Source: Ruminiclostridium sp. (GTDB lineage: Bacteria > Bacillota > Clostridia > Oscillospirales > Ruminococcaceae). Taken from it: DNA of 64,000 bases. A model generated the notes under the pieces. It saw only the letters and a program-made list of their open reading frames with translations. It did no database searches and was not told the DNA's origin. How positions within the stretch are numbered: the first letter of the stretch is position 1; every line of letters starts with the position of its first letter. Positions 1-8,902 of the stretch are shown here, in pieces. Where the stretch lies: contig JAFUNV010000027.1 in assembly GCA_017472865.1 (NCBI GenBank), forward strand, positions 2,520-66,519, read 5' to 3'. A program made the position numbers and the translations under genes.

Positions 1-408
1 TCAGTTACAGCGGAAATCGGCGCCGAGCAGAATGATATCCGCTTTGAAAAACCTTCTTACAGCATTTATGTCAATGCCGACAGAAACAGGCTTACACAGA
101 TTATGGGAAATATAATCACAAATGCCCGTAAGTATGCAAAAACTGAAATCGATGTCAGAATTACACGCGAAAGCGACACAGTAAGCGTTCATTTCCGCGA
201 TTACGGCGGAGGTATTCCCGACGAGGATATCCCCTTTATTTTCGGCAAATTCTACCGCGGCAAAAACTGCGGCAGCGAACAAGGCTCGGGACTGGGGCTT
301 TACATAGTAAAATATGTAATGGAGCAGTCAGGCGGTAACGCTTCTCTGAAAAACTGTGAAAAAGGGCTGGAGGTAACGATTTCCCTGCCGGTTTCTGAAA
401 GTTCTTAA
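1..408 (+). CDS. Sensor histidine kinase, C-terminal HATPase_c part (5' truncated by window edge)
   Basis: Frame is open from base 1; N box (RLTQIMGNIITNARKY), G1 (DYGGGI), F box (IFGKFYRG), G2 (GSGLGL). Confidence 0.92.
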   Translation, partial: SVTAEIGAEQNDIRFEKPSYSIYVNADRNRLTQIMGNIITNARKYAKTEIDVRITRESDTVSVHFRDYGGGIPDEDIPFIFGKFYRGKNCGSEQGSGLGLYIVKYVMEQSGGNASLKNCEKGLEVTISLPVSESS

Positions 409-584
409 GGCTGCACCGCATAATTATTACTGTGCGATTGCGAAGCTGAATTTTTCGTCAGACAACACAAAAAACGCAGTCAATACTGTATGTATTAACG
501 AGTATTTTTGTTAAGTATGACGGAAAAGGCACAAGCAAGCGCGCGGTAAAGGCGTTAGCCGTTAATTATGCGGTGTTGCCTTAA
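405..584. mobile_element. MITE-like palindromic element with TTAA at both ends
   Basis: Terminal inverted repeats TTAAGGCTGCACCGCATAATTA / TAATTATGCGGTGTTGCCTTAA (20/22) plus nested internal inverted repeats; no ORF. Confidence 0.65.
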
Positions 585-613
585 TTACTTCTTAATAACT
601 TTTGCGGTAAAAT
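580..613 (+). promoter_or_regulatory. Putative OmpR-family response-regulator direct repeat and -10 of the ABC operon
   Basis: CTTAA-N6-CTTAA (580-595, 11-bp period) then TAAAAT (608-613), with no good -35. Confidence 0.45.
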
Positions 614-646
614 ACATATAACAACAAAAATGAAAGGTGCAGTATT

Positions 647-1408
647 ATGAAAAATACCATTCTATCCGCAAAGGGACTTTGTAAAAGCTTTGCTCATAAC
701 GGCAAGCAGAACCATATTTTAAGTAATCTCGACATTGATATTTACGAGGGCGATTTTACCGTTGTAATGGGAGCTTCAGGCTCGGGAAAATCCACCCTTC
801 TCTACGCTCTCAGCGGTATGGACCGTGCTACCTCGGGACAGGTGCTGTACAAAGGCGAGGATATTGTAAAAATGCCCGAAAAGAAGCTGTCTGCCCTCCG
901 CTGCGGAGATTTCGGATTTATTTTCCAGCAGATGCATCTGGTGAGCAATCTTTCGGTATTTGAAAACATTACGGTTCCCGGGTATCTCAATAAATCCCGC
1001 ACCTCTGCCGAGGTCGACAAGCGTGCTGAGGAGCTTACCGAAAAAATGGGAATTACTCATATAAAAAAGCAGCTTCCGTCCCAGTGCTCGGGCGGTGAGC
1101 AGCAGCGCTGTGCCATTGCAAGAGCTGTTATCAACAGCCCCGAACTGATTTTCGCAGATGAGCCTACGGGTGCGCTCAACAGAAAGAACACCACCGAGGT
1201 CCTCGACCTTCTTACAACCCTCAACAATGACGGTCAGAGCATACTTATGGTAACACACGACAGCCGTGCGGCGCTCCGTGCCGACAGAATAATCTACATA
1301 GCCGATGGCACTGTCATAGGCGATTTAGAACTGCCCCGCTATACTGCTGAAAGCGAAAAGAGCCGTGAGACCCAGATAAATTCATGGCTTTCCTCAATGG
1401 AATGGTGA
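647..1408 (+). CDS. ABC exporter ATP-binding subunit (LolD/MacB-like)
   Basis: Walker [10 protein letters not shown], signature CSGGEQQR, Walker [10 protein letters not shown]-loop VTHD. Confidence 0.95.
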   Translation: MKNTILSAKGLCKSFAHNGKQNHILSNLDIDIYEGDFTVVMGASGSGKSTLLYALSGMDRATSGQVLYKGEDIVKMPEKKLSALRCGDFGFIFQQMHLVSNLSVFENITVPGYLNKSRTSAEVDKRAEELTEKMGITHIKKQLPSQCSGGEQQRCAIARAVINSPELIFADEPTGALNRKNTTEVLDLLTTLNNDGQSILMVTHDSRAALRADRIIYIADGTVIGDLELPRYTAESEKSRETQINSWLSSMEW

Positions 1409-1416
1409 GGTGCGGC

Positions 1417-3777
1417 ATGGAAATTTTAAAGCTTTTAAAAGCCAACGTAAAGCACAAAAAGGGCTCCTTCAAAAGTATCGCCGCACTTATGGCTATTATT
1501 GTTCTTTCCTTCACAGGAACGGTCAGCAACAACGATAATATCGACCGCACTCTTAAAGAAGCTCAGATATGGTCAGGTGTGCCTGACATGACCGCTTTTA
1601 TTTCTGAATTGAATTTTGACGATGAAACAGTTTCATCAATAGTAAATAACCCCGATATAACTGATATTGCGACCGAAGATTGCGTAATGAGTAACGGCTG
1701 TCGGCTTAACGGTCAGGAAACATATCAGACAACGCTTATATATCCCGAAAGCTATAAGGTTTACCGCGTTTTTAACGACAGCTTTACAGGTTATATTGAA
1801 AATCCCGAACCGCTTAAAGAAGGCGAAATCTATATTGCCTACCCACTTAAAGGGCTTTATGACGGTGTTGAAATCGGCTCCGAGGTAAGCTTCGACATCC
1901 CCTCTGCCGCCAGCCTTGAACTTGATGATATAAACACCTGCAAATTCAAGGTAAAGGGCTTTATTGCCGACCCTAATTTCGGCGCGGCAATAATCGGTAC
2001 AAAGCGCTATTTTGTTAGCGAAGCCGACTTTGAGAAAATGTACGCCAATGCAAGAAATGGTTTTTCAATTGTTGAAGCCGACATTGAACTGCGGGACGGA
2101 GCTGATTTTTTTCAGGTTAAAAAAGCCCTTGATACCAGCTGCGGCATTACCGAAAAATCAAACCTGATTATCTCCGATGAGGAAACAGAAGGCTATACAA
2201 AGCTCTATTCCGACGCAGGCTCGGGGGTTGTTCTGGCGTTCGTGATACTCCTTATTGTTATCGCAATCATAACAATGTATCACAGCATCACCACTTCCAT
2301 TGAAATGGAATATATAAATCTGGGTGTACTGAAATCGCAGGGCTTTACCTCAGGCAAAATACGTCTTGTGTATATTCTCCAGTATATTATAGCTGAAGCA
2401 ATCGGCGCAGTTATCGGGCTTATTCTTTCCGTGCCTGTCCTTTTACTGCTGGGGACGATTTTCCAGTCCATTACGGGTCTTGCAACCATTCACCGCGTAT
2501 CATTCCTTAAGTGCGGACTTTTATCCGTTGCAGTCATTGCGGTAACAGCTGTTTTCGTAATCCTCGCCACAAGAAAAATCAGCAGGATTTCTCCCGTCCG
2601 TGCAATTTCAGGCGGCAAGTCGGAAATCCACTTTGACAGCCGTTTTAATGTCCCCGTAAAGGCGAAGCCTCTTTCCTTTTTCATGGGTCTGAGACAGTTC
2701 ACTTCAAGAGGAAAAACCTATACGGGCGTGGTTCTTATTGCCGCACTGCTTGTATACTTCATGATGTCCATAGTGGTGCTTTCCGACAGGCTTTCGGGGG
2801 GTAAAATCATGACAGGCATGATTTATCCCAATATTGTTGTTACAGTCTCCGATGAATTCAAGATAAATGACATGGAAAAATTCAGAGAAACCGTACACGA
2901 AGTTGACCCGGAAGCAAAGGTAATGTTCAACGCAACCGAATATATAATGGCCGATGACATTGAATTATGGTGCGACTCCTGTGACCCTGTTGAGCTTATG
3001 TATCAGCCGCTGGAAGGACGCGTCCCGCTTTATGATAATGAAATTGCAATTACCGAAATAGTTTCTGAAAAGCTTGGTAAGAAAATCGGTGATACGATTA
3101 TGCTGGGCAGTGCTGAAAACGCAAAGGAATTTATTATCACGGGATATTTCCAGACGCTGTCAGAGCTGGGCAATGCCTGTACAATAACTACCGAGGGCAG
3201 ATACAACGTTACAGGAAAGCTCTCCAACTGCTACGTTGAAGTTTCAGATTTAAGCCTTGTAGATAAGGTTTCAAAAGCTCTCGACGAAAAGCACAGTGAA
3301 TTAATCGGTGTTAAGCTGATAGAAAAGGAACGCGACGCTTCCGCCGACGGCATGATTGAAATGATTGACAGTATCTGTCTCATTCTCGTAATCGTTGTTT
3401 TCGCTATCTCTATAATTTTTGCGGCAGTTGTAATAAATATGATTTGCACCAAAACATTCACCAAGGAACGCACAGATATCGGAATACTGAAATCCATGGG
3501 CTTTACGGCCGACAGCCTTCGTATCCAGTTTTCCTTCCGCTTTATGATAATTGCTGTTATAGGCTCGGTTATCGGCGGCATAGCGTCACTGTTCCTGACT
3601 AAGCCTCTGCTCGGCGTACTTCTGAGGATAGTGGGACTTACCAGAATTGAAACTTCCATAACTCCCCTGACCTTTATTATTCCCGCCGCCGCAATGTGTG
3701 TAAGCTTCTTCCTTTTTGCGTATATTGCCGCAAGGAAAATAAAAAGTGTAGAAGTAAGAGAGCTTATCTCTGAATAA
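1417..3777 (+). CDS. FtsX/MacB-family ABC permease with two FtsX repeats
   Basis: Two GxLKSxGFT motifs, many TM segments, two large extracellular loops; start moved to ATG 1417 after GAGGTG. Confidence 0.9.
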   Translation: MEILKLLKANVKHKKGSFKSIAALMAIIVLSFTGTVSNNDNIDRTLKEAQIWSGVPDMTAFISELNFDDETVSSIVNNPDITDIATEDCVMSNGCRLNGQETYQTTLIYPESYKVYRVFNDSFTGYIENPEPLKEGEIYIAYPLKGLYDGVEIGSEVSFDIPSAASLELDDINTCKFKVKGFIADPNFGAAIIGTKRYFVSEADFEKMYANARNGFSIVEADIELRDGADFFQVKKALDTSCGITEKSNLIISDEETEGYTKLYSDAGSGVVLAFVILLIVIAIITMYHSITTSIEMEYINLGVLKSQGFTSGKIRLVYILQYIIAEAIGAVIGLILSVPVLLLLGTIFQSITGLATIHRVSFLKCGLLSVAVIAVTAVFVILATRKISRISPVRAISGGKSEIHFDSRFNVPVKAKPLSFFMGLRQFTSRGKTYTGVVLIAALLVYFMMSIVVLSDRLSGGKIMTGMIYPNIVVTVSDEFKINDMEKFRETVHEVDPEAKVMFNATEYIMADDIELWCDSCDPVELMYQPLEGRVPLYDNEIAITEIVSEKLGKKIGDTIMLGSAENAKEFIITGYFQTLSELGNACTITTEGRYNVTGKLSNCYVEVSDLSLVDKVSKALDEKHSELIGVKLIEKERDASADGMIEMIDSICLILVIVVFAISIIFAAVVINMICTKTFTKERTDIGILKSMGFTADSLRIQFSFRFMIIAVIGSVIGGIASLFLTKPLLGVLLRIVGLTRIETSITPLTFIIPAAAMCVSFFLFAYIAARKIKSVEVRELISE

Positions 3778-3791
3778 ATATATGAAAGCGC

Positions 3792-3830
3792 AAAAATCCC
3801 CTCAAAGCATGAACCTTGAGGGGATTTTTT
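3792..3830. terminator. Bidirectional intrinsic terminator
   Basis: AAAAATCCCCTCAA...TTGAGGGGATTTTTT between convergent genes. Confidence 0.85.
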
Positions 3831-3839
3831 ACATTAAAA

Positions 3840-4775
3840 TTACTTACCGAGCGCTGCCTTTGTAACATTAACAATGTTTTCTGCAGAGAGACCGAACTCC
3901 TTGAGAAGTGCAGCAGCAGGACCACTGTGACCGAAGCAGTCGTTCACGCCGATTTTGATAACGGGAACGGGGCATTCCTCTGTTACAACATTTGCAACAG
4001 CAGAGCCGAGACCGCCGATTACGCTATGTTCTTCAACAGTGATAATCTTGCCGGTTTCCTTAGCCGCCTTGATGATGATATCGCGGTCGATAGGCTTGAT
4101 TGTGTGAATATTGATAACGCGTGCGTCAATTCCCTGTTCAGCAAGAGCCTTGCCCGCTTCAATTGCTTCACCCACCATAAGACCTGTGGCAACGATTGTG
4201 ATATCCTTACCGTCCTTAATCTGAACGCCCTTGCCTACTTCAAACTTGTAGGTAGCAGCGTCATTGAAGATGGGAGCAGCAAGTCTGCCGAAGCGCATAT
4301 AGGTAGGTCCTACGTAGTCAGCCATTGCAAGAACAGCCGCCTTTGCTTCAACGTCATCAGCAGGGTTGATAACGGTCATGTTGGGGATAGCTGTCATAAG
4401 CGCGATATCCTCGTTGCACTGGTGAGAAGCACCGTCCTCACCTACGGAGATACCTGCGTGGGTAGCGCCGATTTTTACGGTGAGGTTGGGGTAGCAGATG
4501 CTGTTTCTTACGATTTCAAAAGCTCTGCCTGCGGCAAACATTGCGAAAGAGCTTGCAAAAACGAGCTTTCCTGTTGCAGCAATACCTGCGGCAACACCCA
4601 TCATGTTTGCTTCTGCGATACCGCAGTCAAAGTGCTTGTCGGGGCAAGCCTTCTTAAAAATACCTGTCTTTGTTGCGGCGGCAAGGTCAGCGTCAAGAAC
4701 GATTAAGTCAGGGCGCTTTTCAGCAAGGAGTACAAGACCTTCGCCGTAGCTTTCACGAGTAGCTTTCTTTTCCAT
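3840..4775 (-). CDS. tkt: Transketolase, C-terminal subunit
   Basis: DCGIAEANM, GEDGASHQ, TIKPID, EEHSVIGGLG motifs. Confidence 0.93.
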   Translation of the reverse strand: MEKKATRESYGEGLVLLAEKRPDLIVLDADLAAATKTGIFKKACPDKHFDCGIAEANMMGVAAGIAATGKLVFASSFAMFAAGRAFEIVRNSICYPNLTVKIGATHAGISVGEDGASHQCNEDIALMTAIPNMTVINPADDVEAKAAVLAMADYVGPTYMRFGRLAAPIFNDAATYKFEVGKGVQIKDGKDITIVATGLMVGEAIEAGKALAEQGIDARVINIHTIKPIDRDIIIKAAKETGKIITVEEHSVIGGLGSAVANVVTEECPVPVIKIGVNDCFGHSGPAAALLKEFGLSAENIVNVTKAALGK

Positions 4776-4797
4776 ATTTCAAAAATTCCTTTCTGAT

Positions 4798-5640
4798 TTA
4801 CTTCTGTAATTCGTCGAGATGTGCCTGAAGCTCGCCCATGGCGATATTGTACTGTTCCTCATTGGGAGCTGCGCCGTGCCATGCAACATTGTTTTCCATG
4901 TAGGAAACGCCCTTGCCCTTAACGGACTTCTGAATGATTACTGTGGGCTGGTTAGCAACGGTTTCAGCTTCGTTGAATGCCTTTTCGATTTCGTCAAAGT
5001 CATGACCGTTGATGGTGATAACGTGCCAGCCGAAAGCCGCAAACTTTTCATCAATGGGGTAAGGACTCATAACGTCGCCGATTGCACCATCAATCTGAAG
5101 GTTGTTGTTGTCAACAACGAAAACGAGGTTATCAAGCTGATAGTGAGCCGCAAACATAGCTGCTTCCCATACCTGACCTTCCTGAATTTCGCCGTCGCCG
5201 AGGATTGCGTAAACTCTGTATGTATCGTTGGAAATCTTACCCGAGAGAGCCATACCGCAGGCAGCGGAAACACCCTGACCGAGAGAGCCTGTGCTCATAT
5301 CAACGCCGGGAACCTTGCCGAGAACGGGGTGACCCTGTAAACGGGAGTCAATCTTTCTTAATGTCTTTAATTCCTCTACGGGGAAGAAGCCTCTGTGAGC
5401 AAGGCAGGAATAAAGTGCGGGAGCTGTGTGACCCTTGGAAAGAACAAGTCTGTCACGGTCTGCCATTGCGGGGTCCTCGGGGTTAACGTTCATTCTTGCC
5501 ATGTAAAGATAGGTTAAGGTATCAGCCACGGAAAGAGAACCGCCGGGATGACCTGCCTTAGCGTTGTAAACGCCCTCGATAATGCCCATTCTGACTTTTG
5601 TTGCAGTTATTTCAAGCTGCTTTTTTAAAGTTGCGTCCAT
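4798..5640 (-). CDS. tkt: Transketolase, N-terminal TPP-binding subunit
   Basis: GHPGGSLS, LSKGH, TGSLGQG, GDGE...DNN TPP motif. Confidence 0.95.
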   Translation of the reverse strand: MDATLKKQLEITATKVRMGIIEGVYNAKAGHPGGSLSVADTLTYLYMARMNVNPEDPAMADRDRLVLSKGHTAPALYSCLAHRGFFPVEELKTLRKIDSRLQGHPVLGKVPGVDMSTGSLGQGVSAACGMALSGKISNDTYRVYAILGDGEIQEGQVWEAAMFAAHYQLDNLVFVVDNNNLQIDGAIGDVMSPYPIDEKFAAFGWHVITINGHDFDEIEKAFNEAETVANQPTVIIQKSVKGKGVSYMENNVAWHGAAPNEEQYNIAMGELQAHLDELQK

Positions 5641-5709
5641 ATTGACCTCCTGTATTTTTAACCGCAGGACTGCGGTATATTAAAGACGATTTCTCGTCAA
5701 AATTTACTA

Positions 5710-6576
5710 TTATAAATCGCACACGAAGCCTGTGCCCTTTTCCGCGTTGGTGATATCGGATAAGTCGGGAGCAACACCCCACTCCTTTGCAATAGCAAAA
5801 ACACTTTCCATATCGGGGAATTCAACCTTTTCCCAGTCGCAGTCGGTATCGTCTATAAGCTTGCTGAAGCCCAGCTTGTGCTCCTCGGGGGTCATATTGC
5901 CCTCCTTGAGATAGATTTCGCCGCTTTCACCCAGCCAGCCGTAGCCTCTTTTAAGCTTGCCGCCCACATACTTTGCCCATACGTGGATATCAACGGTGCT
6001 CTGGGTTGCAAAGCAGGACATTTCATCAAACTTGTCTGCTATTTTATCAAGAACCTCAAGCTCCTCCTTGACGGAGTTCTTAACTCCGAAGGGTGTGTAG
6101 CCGATTGCAAGCACACAGCCGTTTATAAGAGGAGAAACAAACACCTTTTCCATAAAGGCATCGCCCGCTGCTTCAAGGCCGCTTTCCCAGTTTGCTTCAT
6201 GGCTGTTTTTCAGACCAAGAGTCTTTATAACCTCCTGCGGAGTTCCGCCCTTTATGCATAGCCAGCCGTTGAAATTCATGAACGGACGGGGCATATCGGG
6301 AGTAGTGTCATAGGGAGATTCGCCCTTTGAAAACGCCATAGCCATAGGTGAAGAAGCGGACATATTAGGGTTTTCAACCTTCTTCTCTTCCTTTACCTCT
6401 GCCTGTTTTTCAGCCTTTTTTGTTTTCTTTTCAGCTGTCTTTTTTGAAGAGGATTTTTTCTTCTTGTCGTCATCGCCGTCAAAAATATCAACCACTGCGT
6501 TTACTGCCTTTTTACCGACTTCTCTGCCGATGGTCCTGCTCGCACTGTTCAATAATTTATCAAAAAAGCTGCTCAT
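5710..6576 (-). CDS. Hypothetical protein (Lys-rich N-terminal linker, unrecognised C-terminal domain)
   Basis: 288-aa ORF with SD, co-oriented with the operon. Confidence 0.75.
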   Translation of the reverse strand: MSSFFDKLLNSASRTIGREVGKKAVNAVVDIFDGDDDKKKKSSSKKTAEKKTKKAEKQAEVKEEKKVENPNMSASSPMAMAFSKGESPYDTTPDMPRPFMNFNGWLCIKGGTPQEVIKTLGLKNSHEANWESGLEAAGDAFMEKVFVSPLINGCVLAIGYTPFGVKNSVKEELEVLDKIADKFDEMSCFATQSTVDIHVWAKYVGGKLKRGYGWLGESGEIYLKEGNMTPEEHKLGFSKLIDDTDCDWEKVEFPDMESVFAIAKEWGVAPDLSDITNAEKGTGFVCDL

Positions 6577-6590
6577 CTGTCTTCCCTCCG

Positions 6591-7394
6591 TTATAATTTT
6601 TCAATATGCTCTATAATCTGCGACATGGGCGAGCTGTTATTATCGCCCACTATAAGCTTTGCCGCCGATTTTACCTCGGGCTGTGCATTAGCCACCGCCA
6701 CGCCTAAATCCGCCGTTCTTATCATGTCATAATCGTTGCCGAAATCCCCTGAAGCCACAGTGAAATAATCCGTTTTTCCTGTTGCTTCAAGAAGCCTTTT
6801 ATAGCCCGAACCCTTGCTGATTCCCTCGGGGAGCATTTCATAATATACAGGTGCCGAGCGCACCCAGTTGACGCCCGCGTTGCAGTCATGCGCAACGAAT
6901 TTCACAATATCGTCCACTTTTTCGGGAGTGTGGGCAATCAGCACCTTCAGCCAGTTATCACGGGGAACTTCGTCAATATCCATATAAACAGGAGTTACCT
7001 GCTCTATCGCCATGTGCTCGTCAACGGTTTCATTGTTGTTCACCACAATGACCTCTTCGCCGCGGAGAATTTCAATTCCGATATCGGGAAATCTCCTCAT
7101 AAGAGTCCTGATATAATCAACAGCACAGTCGGGCATTGAGCTATGCCAGAGAAATCTGCTCTCCCTGAAATCATAGACCGCCGCGCCGTTAAAAATAACG
7201 CAAGGCATATCAACCTCCAGCGTGTCCACAACTCTCCGTGCCATGGCTACGCCTCTACCCGTTGCAACGGTAAAAAGTCCGCCCTTACTGCGGAAGCTGT
7301 TTATAGCCGCCAGGTCCTTTACGGAAACCTGCTTTTTGTCATTCAGCAGAGTACCGTCAAGGTCTGTCATAATTATAACTTTTTCAAAATTCAT
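6591..7394 (-). CDS. Cof-type HAD-IIB hydrolase
   Basis: DLDGTLL, ATGR, SKG, GDFGND motifs. Confidence 0.93.
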   Translation of the reverse strand: MNFEKVIIMTDLDGTLLNDKKQVSVKDLAAINSFRSKGGLFTVATGRGVAMARRVVDTLEVDMPCVIFNGAAVYDFRESRFLWHSSMPDCAVDYIRTLMRRFPDIGIEILRGEEVIVVNNNETVDEHMAIEQVTPVYMDIDEVPRDNWLKVLIAHTPEKVDDIVKFVAHDCNAGVNWVRSAPVYYEMLPEGISKGSGYKRLLEATGKTDYFTVASGDFGNDYDMIRTADLGVAVANAQPEVKSAAKLIVGDNNSSPMSQIIEHIEKL

Positions 7395-8299
7395 ATTCTT
7401 GTTTTTCCGTTCAGGAATTTTTTAAAATACTCAGGCAGCTCACTGTCGAACTCCATATATTCACCCGTTATAGGGTGTACAAATCCGATTTTTTTAGCGT
7501 GGAGACACTGTCCCATGAGCGATTTCGGCTTGCCGTTTCCGTAAACCTCATCGCCTGCAACGCTGTGCCCGATATATGCCATGTGGACTCGTATCTGATG
7601 CGTCCGCCCCGTTTCAAGACGAAGCCTTAAATGAGTGGAGTCCGTGAAATTTTCAAGTACAAAATAGTGAGTAACCGCCTCACGGCTGTTTTCAGAAGTG
7701 ACGCACATCTTCTTGCGGTCGGTCTTATGCCGTCCGATAGGCGCATTGACCGTGCCGTCCTCCTTGATTGAGCCGTTCACCACAGCTTCATACTCGCGGG
7801 TGAAGCTATGCTCCTTAATCTGTTCTGCAAGCCCTCTGTGGGCTGTATCATTCTTTGCCACAATAAGCAGACCGCTTGTATCCTTATCAATGCGGTGAAC
7901 AATCCCGGGACGGATTTCACCGTTTATGCCCGAAAGACTGCCCTTGCAGTGGTACATGAGCGCATTCACCAGAGTTCCCGAATAATGCCCTGCGGCGGGG
8001 TGAACCACCATGCCTTTAGGCTTGTTCACAACCAGCAGGTCGTTGTCCTCATAGACAATATCCAGCGGTATATTTTCGGGAAGGATATCTGTTTCCGCCG
8101 CGTCGGGAATTTCCACCCTCACATTGTCACCCGCACGGAGCTTGTAATTCTTCTGTACTGCCGCATCATTTACGGTACAGCAGCCATCTTCTATGAGCTT
8201 TACCGCTGCGCTTCTCGTAAGCTCATTTTCCGACATAAAGGAAATAAATTTATCAAGTCTCTCGCCTGCGGTTTCAGCGGTAAATTCAAGAATTTTCAT
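7391..8299 (-). CDS. rluD: RluA/RluD-family pseudouridine synthase with S4 domain
   Basis: RLDKF S4 start, NKPKGMVVHP, HRIDKDTSG, TGRTHQIRVH; follows lspA. Confidence 0.9.
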   Translation of the reverse strand: MKILEFTAETAGERLDKFISFMSENELTRSAAVKLIEDGCCTVNDAAVQKNYKLRAGDNVRVEIPDAAETDILPENIPLDIVYEDNDLLVVNKPKGMVVHPAAGHYSGTLVNALMYHCKGSLSGINGEIRPGIVHRIDKDTSGLLIVAKNDTAHRGLAEQIKEHSFTREYEAVVNGSIKEDGTVNAPIGRHKTDRKKMCVTSENSREAVTHYFVLENFTDSTHLRLRLETGRTHQIRVHMAYIGHSVAGDEVYGNGKPKSLMGQCLHAKKIGFVHPITGEYMEFDSELPEYFKKFLNGKTRI

Positions 8300-8810
8300 C
8301 TTCTGTCTCCGCCTTTTTCAGCTTTTCTTCCTTGTTTTCTTCAAGAATTATCATAATTGCGAAGGCAATTCCGCCGAGAACTGCGCAGATATCGGCAAAA
8401 TTAAAAATAGCAAAGTTTATGATACGGAAATCAATGAAATCCACAACGTAGCCGAGAAAAACCCTGTCTATAAGGTTTCCGAGGCCTCCGCCCGCAAGAC
8501 ATGCCAGTGCGAAAATCATCTTTTTATCCTTGGCTCTGCCAGAAAAAATGTACCATTCAACCAGCGCAATCAATATAATCGGCACAGCTATAAGAATAAA
8601 CCGCTGCCCCTCCAGAAGGCTGAATGACATACCCGTATTTTCGCAATAGGTGAAATTTATCCACTCCGTATCGCCGAACTTCAACACAGGAATGCTGCCT
8701 TCAGGCTTTACAAAGGTAACCGCCAGCCACTTCGTAAGCTGGTCGATACCTACCAGAAGAAGGCTCATAAGTATCATTGCCGTGCGAAAATTAAAAATCC
8801 TGTTTTTCAA
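8286..8810 (-). CDS. lspA: Signal peptidase II
   Basis: DQLTK, NTGMSFS, GNLIDR, VVDFID, FNFAD; TTG start after AAGGAG. Confidence 0.95.
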   Translation of the reverse strand: MKNRIFNFRTAMILMSLLLVGIDQLTKWLAVTFVKPEGSIPVLKFGDTEWINFTYCENTGMSFSLLEGQRFILIAVPIILIALVEWYIFSGRAKDKKMIFALACLAGGGLGNLIDRVFLGYVVDFIDFRIINFAIFNFADICAVLGGIAFAIMIILEENKEEKLKKAETEDENS

Positions 8811-8902
8811 ACCTGCTCCTTAACACACCACAGAGCCATACATAAAATATGCACGGCTCCGCAGTAACTGGCAAACGCCTTACGGTGTTCCGCCATTAAA
8901 TT

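Noticed and set aside
3816-4706. 296-aa + strand ORF
   Set aside because: Antisense shadow of the transketolase gene; no motifs or SD.
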